In this document: positions 10,906 to 21,218 of the stretch, in pieces | Layout of the letters: each line of letters starts with the position of its first letter | How positions within the stretch are numbered: position 1 is the stretch's first letter | From: Perkinsus olseni | Lineage: Eukaryota | Length of the DNA: 35,695 bases | Direction of reading: 5' to 3' | NCBI GenBank assembly: GCA_013115125.1 | Contig: JABANN010000359.1 | Location: forward strand, 1 to 35,695 | Position numbers and translations under genes: made by a program | The notes under the pieces: generated by a model | Told to the model about the DNA's origin: nothing | The model's database searches: none | Seen by the model: only the letters and a program-made list of their open reading frames with translations

Positions 10906-13553
10906 ATGGGCAGCCGGTCGAGATCTCGCTCCCGAGATCGATCGTCTCGTCGCCGCAGGTCGAGGGATCGTGATGACCAGGACAGAGGTGATGCGGTTAG
11001 GACGCGGTGACACGGCGTTCTCATTGGAAGTCTCCTGGACTTTTCTAATGGATTTTAATCGGTTGAGGGCTGCTTACGCTGATCGACGATCGACCTTGGT
11101 TTTTTGGGGTCCCCAGCACATAGTCTTTTCAGATCGGTCACGGTCTCGTGGACGGTCTCGGCGGGAGAGGAGACGGTCGAGGTCCCGAGACCGCAGCAAG
11201 AGATCTAGGCGGGACTCGCCGGAGCCAGCACCCAGTGTTTTCAGTAGGGTGGCCTGCTCGAGGTAGATGTGTCTTTGAGCTTCTGTAGGTGTAGCGCCTC
11301 CTACGCCGAGGCCACAGGGAGAGGGAGTCTCATCAGGAGCCACTATGGGAAGAGTAGTGGAGATTGTAAACTTGAGGCGTGTAACTGGGAGTATCTTAGG
11401 TTAAAGGTGATGCATCTGAGAGGAGGTTGACGGTGAAGAATATCCGTCAGAGGGACTCTAGCCAGCAGTCAGTGATGGACTTCTTCAAGGGAGCGCTATT
11501 TGCCGTCACTGGCAACGGCGGGAAAACAACTCCGCTTCACCCGGTGGGCCACCCCATTACTCGCTTTCATGGGCTATGGTCATGCTCAGATCGTCTCTGT
11601 GTTTTTCTTGATCTCTGATGGTCACAGTCGTACAGCCCTCGTCGAGTTCCGGACTACCATCGCCGCAACAGTGGCCATGAGGCTCAATGGTACTACTTCT
11701 CGCGGGGCTATACACTACGTAGTCGTATGAGCGTCGGGAGGAGAATCTTAGGTCGACGCTTGCATGATAGGTATCGACTTGGATGGGCGTAAGTTGGCGA
11801 TAACAAGGCCCCACGGGTATAATAAGGAGGACCCTTCTAAGAGTATAACGGCCGAAGAAATCCAGAAGATTACCATCGAGGAGCTCTGTGGTAGTACCAT
11901 CCTCGTACCCATGCGGGAGTCGAACGATGATTGGCAGGAGGATCTGCAGCGAAGAAGACCTCCGGCATGAACTTGCAATTGGGGATATACCATCTCCCAC
12001 CAGTAATGTATCCATAGGGGTCGTGTGAGTAGGCGATCGCACCGGGCTGTAGGTGATGACGGAGACCTACCTGCGGGATCTATTGGAGCAGTTCGGCGCT
12101 CTGACTATGGTCAGCTTGATAAGGGATAAGACCACCGGCTTGAGCAAGGGGTACGGCTTCTGTCAGTTCGAAGGTAGTAGCAGAGTCATCGGTCTTGCGA
12201 AGGCGCATGAGGGATGGGTTGCCTCATTCTTAGACGCTGCCGATGCGGATAGGTGTCTGTACGCCCTTGATCAATTCGTCTTGGGTAACTACAGTCTCAG
12301 TGTTACCAAGCTGGTACCGGACGCCCAGCAGGGAGGGGTAGGCGGGTTCGAGTATCTCGGCTTACTCGCCACTTCTTCGCTGACAGGCTGCTGGTATCGG
12401 AGGCGCTGGTGTGGCTCCCGCGACTAATCTGGCCGACGGTTCATCAGGGGTAGTGGCGGGGGTCTTGGTAGCCTTGTAGGAGGGCGCAGCTCGTGCTCGC
12501 AGGTCCAGTCTATGACGGCTCGTGTGCTGGCTAACCCAGCCTTAGCTGCTCAACTGAAGGCCGGTCGAGAGATAGGGTCCACTCCAAGTACAGTAGTGCA
12601 GCTCCTCAATGCTGTTTACATCGAGGATCTCATGTCGGAGACGGGTAGTTACAAAATCGAATCTTTGGTGGCTGACTCTGGTCGCCTTCGATGCGTGTGC
12701 CATTTCAGAAGTCAAGTCGATCGAGGATGAAATACGAGATGAAGCGCAGAAGCACGGCACAGTACTGGAGGTCCGAGTCCCACGGGTGAGAGTCGTCCTA
12801 GCCTGGTTGGTTGGTCAGCCTGTTCCTCTCTCAGCCATCAGCAAGCCTGACGCCATACGCCAATGGCGTTGGGAAGATATTCGTGCAGTTCGCGGACATA
12901 ACGGCGGCCAGGAAGTTCCAGGCCGTCAACAACGGGAGGAAGTTCGACGACCGGGTTATGTGCGCAGCCTTCTATCCGACTGATAGGTGATGCGGAGGAG
13001 GCTACCAACTTTGTCGTTACTAACTTGTCACGCCTAGCGAAGCTGAACTCTCTGTTGGACCGGAAGTAGTTTTGTAAACGGCTCACGAGTGTCATCCATA
13101 GCATCTCACGGCCGCCCCCGGTTGAACCAACTTTGATGCCTAGTAGATTCCGAGGTCTGTGACGTGTGTGGGGTCAGGTATAAGATGGGTAAGTATACCC
13201 TGTATAACGTAGAGAGTATGACGATGGCAGTAAGACCGGTGAAAGCACCACCGCCTAAGCCTCCACCGCCAGCTGTTGGTATGACCTCCTGCCCGCTCTG
13301 CTGTCTTTGAGTCTCGTCCTTGTATAGGGTCGGGCCCAACGGCTATTGGGGAAGAGGAAGGAGATGACGTGAGCGATGAACAGAAAAAAGAAGCCGGGAC
13401 GACCGAGGCGTCTGGTAGGTCTAGCGTGAAAGTTTTTGGTGAATCAGTTGCATGCTCTAGCCTTGTGTACATGCGTTTTGTCTGGTAGATACCGCGAAGG
13501 GGGCGAAAGAAGGAGACAAGGCTGATGATGATGATTGTGAGGTCGTGGATTGA
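10906..13553 (+). CDS. U2AF2: U2 snRNP auxiliary factor large subunit (U2AF65-like), divergent
   Basis: N-terminal RS domain (MGSRSRSRSRDR...). RRM1 ends LAITRPHGYN. RRM2 has LIRDKTTGLSKGYGFCQF. The UHM has VVQLLNAV...DEIRDEAQKHGTV...GVGKIFVQF...GRKFDDRVMCAAFYP. A Pro/acidic tail ends DDCEVVD* at 13551-13553. Confidence 0.88.
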
Positions 13554-13873
13554 CGTCGTCGTGACTAGTACAGTTTCGCTCCTCCCCTGCCAACGTCTTG
13601 TGTTCTTCTAGCCTCCCTTAAGCTGTGGACGGTGTGTACCTGTGGAGCGTTCACAAGCTAGATGACCTCGAGCGATGGCGCTGTCGCTCGACTTCACTCA
13701 CCTCAGGCCGTACACTGTACGTGAGATGCCACTCAGTGTAACGGGCCGGATAGTTCGTCGTCCCCCTCGAGGCCGACCTCCCTTGGCATGTCCTGTCTCC
13801 TTTTTGTGTGGCCACGACTGTAACAGCAGCCACCGCATCACTCGCATAGATTGTTCTTGTTTTTCGAATTATT

Positions 13874-15224
13874 ATGTTGAGCAATATTGCCCGTCGTGGC
13901 TTTGCCTCCGTCACTGCAACTGCGAGACTCGCAGCCCTCAGGCAGCTCATCAAGACAAGAGCTGTAGGACTTTTCCCGACCCGGAGTTGCGCGTTCGAAC
14001 GTCTCTTTTCTCTCAGCCTAACAATGGCGTCATCCGAGCGATGGAGGCCCACTCCGGCCTCTCTGCGATGGTCGTGGAGCAGACTAAAGGCCGAAGAGCT
14101 GATGGTAGTGTTTTGCGCTGAGCCACGTTCTACGGTCGTCCGACTCGCTGTTGGTAGGCTCGGAAGCAAAGTTTGACTGCCTCTGGTCTTCCTCGTTGAC
14201 TTCTAGCACTCTGAAGGGGATGCCTGATATTGAAACGGTTGATACCACACAGAGATTGCAAATAGTCGAGGACTGCCTCGACGTCTCTTCCCTCCCTATG
14301 ATCTACGATGGGGACACTGGTGGGGAGGCCGAGATCTTCCGATTCACGGTCAAGAAGTTGGAACGTCTTGGTGTGAGTGCTTGCGTTATCGAGGACAAGA
14401 CCGGGCTCAAACAGAACTCGCTATTTGGCACTGAGAGGTAGTCAACTGGTGCGGAAATGAAGGCTCATTGGCTCATGTTATTCAGGAAGCAGCAGCTTGC
14501 TGACGTTGATGAGTTCTGTGACAAGTTGGCGGCCGGCAAGGATGCGCAGGTCACCAACGACTTTATGATTTTTGCAAGAGTTGAGGCTCTCATCGCTGGT
14601 TTTGGACAAGACGAGGTGCTTTCACTACTTCTGGTGGCGACCGTGATGATGGTGTCTTCGCTCAGGCCATGCGTCGAGCAACGGCGTACCTGGAAAAGGG
14701 AGGCTGTGATGGTATTATGATCCATTCTAGGCAGAAGGATCCTCAGGAGATCTATGATTTCCTTAAAGTACCCATTCCCTTACGGCTTGCTTTTGCGTCC
14801 GTCGACTCATCATTGTCCGTAGGTTTTTCGACAGCAATACCCCGACAAGGTCAAGACGCCGATCATCCTAGTTCCTACTAGGTAGGGAAGCCCTTTTGGT
14901 TTCTGGCGTTTCCTCATTCAAATTGCGCTCAGTTACAACAGCGTCCACGAGTCTGAGCTGGCTGAGCACGGTGCGAATATTATTATTCACGCCAATCAGC
15001 TCATCAGGGCAGCCTATCCCGCCATGCAAAAGGTCGCAGCCGAGATTCTCTCAGCGTAAGAGTCCCCCCACTGGTGCTACTGGACTTGGTGGTATTCCCT
15101 TGTTGTCAGTGGCCGGTCGCAGGAAGTTGACGGTGAGATCATGCCCATCAAGCAAGTGATAAGCTTCATTGATGACAACACTAGTGCGCCCAAGGCTACG
15201 GCCCACCCTACTGCGAGCTCGTGA
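13874..15224 (+). CDS. pepM: Phosphoenolpyruvate mutase (phosphonate biosynthesis) with putative mitochondrial presequence; 8 exons
   Basis: MEAHSGLSA, LWSSSLTSSTLKGMPD, YDGDTGG, the diagnostic EDKxxxxxNS motif EDKTGLKQNS (14391-14420), ARVEALIAG, IMIHSR, LVPTSY and HANQLIRAA. Seven GT-AG introns, for example 13964-14016 and 14105-14157. Stop TGA at 15222-15224. Confidence 0.95.
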
Positions 15225-15418
15225 GAAGGGTGCTGGATAGATGTATTAACCACTCTTTTTTTCTGACTGTGGAGTGCTCTTAGTTTCTACCGTGTTAGTG
15301 AGTGTATCAGCGTCGTAACTATAGTGCGTTCTGTGTCTCTAGCAACATGATCTTGTGTTATCAACGGCAGGGTTTTGTGAGTGCTAGTTGGCCCTGGTAG
15401 TAGTAGGAGCCTTTGCCG

Positions 15419-16801
15419 ATGTTCATCATCACTGTGGTGTCGGACACTATAGTCCTCCCACCTGATGAGTTCGAGCCTGGCAAGCACATATCGCATGTAC
15501 GGCGGCGGATACAGGAGAAGTAGTACCACTCCTTGCGCAACTCGTACAGCTGAACACTAGACCGCGCACGACTGCCTCCCTGAGGGTCTGAGGACTGCCT
15601 TTCTGCTTACAGGGCTTCTTCAGTTGCATGTCCCCTTACTAGGTACGTAGATCGAGTGATACCGGATGTCGGCCTGGTAGTGGCTCTCTACGACATTATC
15701 AGGATAACGGATGCCTACATCCATCCGGCTGACTTCCACCATCAGAAGGTACCATCGACGCTAGCTGGTGAGAGCCGCTCCTCATCACGCATTGTTAGGG
15801 CGGTGCCTTCTGCAAAGTAGCCTTCCGGTTGTGTGTCTTCCGGCCGATGGTTGGTGAGACCATCGTAGGAGTGGTGGACCGTTCTACAGCCACTGGCCTC
15901 TACGTCAAGCTTGGGTCCTGGTTCAAGGACGTACATATACCCTATGCTGATCTGAAGTAATACCACCACTACGTAGTGAGCACACGACGACGTCGCGGGA
16001 CTTCGAATTGGAACACACACAACGTGGGAGGTTTGGTATCGCTCGTATCTTAGGGACCCGTGCTTGTATGATGAGCAGACGAAGCTGTGGATTTGGCAGT
16101 ACAAGCGAGAGGACGCTACTGATAGTTTCTTCTACAGGCCAGGTAGGACCTCTCCCTGTGAGGGTGGGACGCCATGACGATCCGCTTCTGTTCTTAGGAG
16201 CTGAGATATGTTTCTCGGTGAAGGCGATAGTGTTCAATCAACGGCAGGAGGCTAAGACTGGCTTAGCGCAGGTTGTGACAGAAAAGGACTCTAAAGGTAG
16301 TAGTGGGGTAGTAGGGGTTGCAGTAGTAGCAGTAGTGACTACTACAGCGTACGGTCCATCCCGGTGATCGGCTATGGGACTGGCCGCAGCCAGGGCTCCT
16401 CTGAGAGTCTTGCGCTCCGTTCACGCGACGCGCGGTATCGTACAGTGACGCCAGCATATTCTGTCCCATCTCTTGCACGCGTGATGGTGGGGTGTCTATC
16501 GCCAACACTTTTCCGGCAAAGTTGGGTACTGTGGTCCTACACATATCGTGTAGCCTTTCATTTCCCATCTTCTGATGCCCAACTCGCACAATGTATTCGA
16601 GACCCCATCCGGGTAGCAGTAGTGAGAACCTTATTATGATGAGCGGCCTCTCGTCGTTGCACGGTTAACCTCGCCCTTTCGAAGCTCTCGTGAGTATCCC
16701 TTTCCTCATCAGGTCCTAGTGCACCGCTGCCCCCAATGCAAGTATTGGGTAGTGTCGCTGGGGACGGTATGGGTCTTACCAGCTGGTGGGCCGAGGAATG
16801 A
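15419..16801 (+). CDS. POLR3H: RNA polymerase III subunit RPC25/RPC8 (Rpb7-like)
   Basis: Mostly absent from the ORF track. Spliced: MFIITVVSDTIVLPPDEF...IQEK|YVDRVIPDVGLVVALYDI...FRLCVFRPMVGETIVG...WIWQY... ending VLGSVAGDGMGLTSWWAEE*, the typical RPC25 C-terminus. Confidence 0.9.
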
Positions 16802-16926
16802 TACTCCCCCATACGTTTACTACTCGACAGCCTGTTGCGTTAGAGTGGAGTTACTAGTCGTCTACGTGGAACCGGTGTGATCTTCTCCAAGTTCGGCTCT
16901 CCCGTTACCCCAGCACATATCGTTTG

Positions 16927-19405
16927 ATGTCACCAACGGCGGTAGATACTACACCGTTGTTGCCTGGCTCGGAGGAGTTCATTCCGGACACTAAGCCGGA
17001 GGAAATCCTACCAATATATAGATCGCTAACATCAGCCTTCAGAACTGGTAGCTAGCAATAGCCTCCCTGCCCCATCGGCGAACCTGCTTCCCGCTTTTTC
17101 CCAGATCGTACCAAGTCGTTGGAGTGGCGTCTGGAGCAGTTGGACGCTCTAGAGCGCATGATAAGGGAGAATGGCGCCCTTTTCAAACAGGCCATGCTAG
17201 AGGACATGCATGTGTGAGCGGATCACAAAAGGGCTTCGCTTGCTCCTCAGCCTTGTCACTGCGAAACCATCAGGCTAGCCACTGATGTATCAGGGCCTAG
17301 TAGCAGCTCGGAAGAGCCTGCCTGAAGTGCCGCTGTGCAGGTCCCCTCTGGATAGTGATGTCATGCAAGTTTCCCTCGTATTAAGCGACATTGAGCTCTT
17401 CAAAGCCGATCTCGAGTCCTGGATGAAACCTGAGACTGTATCCTCGAACGTGCTCACCTTTCCAGGTCGTACTCATCTTCGAAGATACCGACGTTCTGAT
17501 TCTGATGATATTCCTTTTCAGGCAAATCGGAGCTCCTGAACGAACCCCTCGGTGTCGTGGTTGTCTATGGCGCGTGGAACTACAACTTCCTTCTCACCCT
17601 GCAGCCCGTTGTGGGCGCCATCGGTGCCGGGAATTGCGTAAGCTGCTCCGATCGAACTTATATATCTCCTTCACGCTCCCACAGGTGCTTATCAAGCCTG
17701 GTGACTACGCAGTGAGGAGTACTCAAGCTATGATGCAGCTCATTCCGCGGTATATGGACCAGGACTGTATCAGAGTGGTCAGTGGCGGGCCGGAACTCAG
17801 TGACGCTATACTTGAGCATGAATGGCAAAAGATATTCTTTACCGGAAGTGGGCTCTCCCTTCATTAGTTGTGTGGTTACATGCAATACGGTATGTCAGGT
17901 CCGAACGTTGGGCGCATCATCTACGAGAAGGCTGCTAAGTTTCTGACACCCTGCACCCTCGAACTGGGTGGGAAGAGCCCTTGCATTGTCGACGCTACGG
18001 CCGATCTCACTATCACGGCCAGACGTAAGTGACCTCAATGACTTCTGTGAGGAGGACTTCCATCACCTCAGGCCTCGTGTGGGGTGCTTTGGCCAGTGCT
18101 GGACAGACCTGCGTCAGACCGGATTATGTCTTGGTAATAGGCTTGGGGACGGCTGGGAGGACCATCAATCCGGCTGGTTCGCTCACATCTTCATCAGGTT
18201 CATGAGTCGATCGGCGACAGGCTAGTTCAGACGGTCAAGTCCACCGTCAAGGAGTTCTACGGAGAGGATCCTAAGGAATCTCCGTGGTTCGCTCGTAAGC
18301 TCCAGCTTTGTGTGTCATCCACGCATACCTTTCTCGTAGGTGTGATCAACCAACGTAACTTCGATCGCGTTACCGGCCTTTTTGATGGGTCGGAGGACCT
18401 TATGGTCCTGGGCGGCCCGAAGACCATGGATCGCGACACATGGTGAGCACCTCTTCCGCCGCTGGATGAAATAATGGAGGGCTCTGTATCCACCCTTCGG
18501 TTTCTGCTAGTTACGTGCCTCCGACAATTATCAATTTCCGTACAGACAAACAGCGCTTCGCTGCGGCAAAGGTTATGCAGGTCGGCTATCCCCTCTCCGA
18601 GAGCTACTGCTTTTGTCACATCACCGCTCTGATTCAGATGGAAATCTTCGGCCCCCTTATTCCGGTCTGCTACTACAAGGACTTCTCCGAGTGTGTGGAT
18701 TTCATTCGGTAAATTGCTGTGCGGGAGGTCAGTCGATCGTCCCTTTGTTCAGGTCTCGTCCGTCTCCCCTTGCCTCCTACCTCTTCTCATCAGACCCGAC
18801 CATGAAGGAGACGTTCAAGCACAGCATCCACTCGGGCAGTCAGGCCATCAATGGTCCGCAGTTTTTCTCGCGCTCTCGAATTTACGTCCGTCCGCCTGAT
18901 GTACGCGTACTGTGGTTACAGATACGATGATTCACCTCAGCGTGGAGGACTTGCCCTTTGGGGGTACCGGTGCCTCCGGCTTCGGCTCGTACCATGGGAA
19001 GTACTCCTTCGAGTGCTTCTCACACAAGAAGGCTGTAAGGTGGTCTATGATCTCGCCAGAGCTAGTCGCCCCAAACCTAGGTGTTGTCGCGCCCTACGAT
19101 TCTGGATGTCCCTCAACGTTATCCTCCGTACACTCCAGCAGATGGAAAGTTCTTACGCGCGGCCCTCAACGCCAAGGTTGGCCGACACGATTGTAGCGGG
19201 CGTATCACGTGGCAATTTCAGCTCTCTCTCGTGTGGGGAAGGTTGTCTAAGTTGATGACCACAGGGAAGATCGTGGCCTTCGTCGTATTACTCTTGGCGT
19301 AAGTCCTCGAATAAGAGCATAGCAGCCCTGATTTTCGTAGACCACGTTATTCCGGTGAGCAGGTTCTTGCTGAGGAAGAACATCGCGAGGTTCGTGCTGC
19401 AGTGA
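16927..19405 (+). CDS. Aldehyde dehydrogenase family 3 (fatty aldehyde dehydrogenase-like) with C-terminal membrane anchor; many introns
   Basis: [29 protein letters not shown] (catalytic Glu), [10 protein letters not shown] (catalytic Cys), [30 protein letters not shown] and RYPPY. Hydrophobic tail [23 protein letters not shown]; the last exon is uncertain. Confidence 0.92.
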
Positions 19406-21218
19406 GCACTGGAGGGGCAGCTTCCTACGGCCCTGATTTATTAAAATACCATCATCGTCTTCTCAGCGATTCGTATTAACTCGCTAGCTTGCGTTCCTCA
19501 ATCGGTCTTCCTCGAGTGTAGAGGTGCAGTAACTCGTCGGAGCCACTCAACACGCGCTTGGTTGCAGACTTATCGTGGACTTGGAAGGTTCTTCGTCTGA
19601 GTGTGGTAGTACAAGCATCCCTGGATTGCCATTCACATCAGACAGCAGTGATGAATATTGCGGGGCAGCTGCGGCAGAGGCAGGATTCCACTGTTGCTGT
19701 CAAAGGCTCATCATCGCACTGACGTCAGTCACCTTAGTGAACTGATTGTAGCTGATTTCATGAGTGACTTCTGGTCAATCGGCCGCGACTCTGCGAAGTA
19801 TCAAAGTGAACACAGTGGCCCGAACTCATGCTTCCAGTGGGAGGTTCAGACGCTGTTATCACAGCAATGCCACAACGAGGTTGGATGCTTCATAGCTCTT
19901 CTTCGGTCGAGCGACGAGTACGTCCGTAGGTAGATGACTACTACGAGAATGACAAGGACGACAACTATCGTCGCAGTATGATCCTATGCTTTGGTATGGC
20001 AACACAGAAGTACCGAAGGTGTAAGGAAGAGTATCAAGCGGCGTCAACGTCAATAGTAAGTCCGCACAGCTAGTTTGGTCTTTGTTGGCTAGAGACCATG
20101 GTGGCCTTTGGTGGCTGGTTACTGGCGAGGGGGTGGGACTGCGTACCCATTCGCTAGGCCATAAACTTATGATGATCTTAACGAGCGGAACCTTCTGCGA
20201 CATGCTTTTGCCTTGAATCTGTCAGAGAAAACCTCGCGACCTGTCCTTAGTTTGTCTTCTTCGACTCAGAGTCAAGCAAGGGCCAATACGCTAGAGGGTT
20301 GTCTACTGAAGCACTTCAAGCAGGCCATCACGTTGTTATTGAAGACTGCAGAAGTGAATGGGAAATGTGTCCCTATTCAAAGATCATGATTGTTGTTGAA
20401 TATCGTTTCCGTTCACTCACCAAATTTCGGGTTATCATGTGATGAAGAGTATAGACCGAGTGTATTGAGCATCAGCGCGTCCAATGATTGGACCCCAATC
20501 GTAGCACGGTCGAAACGGGAAAGAAGGTGTGTGTGAGTGTTCAACGCCGAAAACCGGCTCAGTGCATACGACTGTCATCACGTAGGCTCGTAGGATGTCC
20601 CTCTGGACCATCCATCCCATGCATCTCGTGAGATCCGCCCTCCCTCAATCACCATACACATGTGTGGCCGCTGCTTTAGTGCAGATGACTTGTAGCCCTC
20701 ATCGGGTAGCAGCCACAACTATTTATACACGTTTAAGGTTCTAGCCGGGGGACAATAACGATGCCTTCATCTTCCGTGTGTATGAGCAGACAGTGAAAAC
20801 AGAATGATTCGAGTCGGTCCTCTCTACTTACTTTCAAAGACGTACGTAATTTAATCGATCTCTATACCATACAAATCGAGAGCAAAAGTTTGTTAGACCT
20901 CGACTGCTCACCACGAGCGGAGGCTGATTGTATACAGGAGGAATGGAAGCGGCAGCATCGTTTGTCCCGGAGGACTATCTTTCTTCGTCGTCCCCCCGTA
21001 CACTCATGACCATTACTCATCCTTGTCCTACCCCTGCGTGGTCTCACCGCCCTGGTTCTCACTCGAAAACACGACATATCACTCGTTGTCTACACATTAG
21101 TCAGAAAACAGATAGAAAAGCACTCACAGTTGCCGTTCGATTCATCCCTACAGACAATGTAGTCTCGACGAATCGAAAGGCCATCATCGACCACGCTTCA
21201 CGTGATCCGTACACCGGC

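Noticed and set aside
13874-15224. Alternative call as isocitrate lyase or 2-methylisocitrate lyase
   Set aside because: It has EDKxxxxxNS rather than the K(K/R)CGH motif of the lyases.
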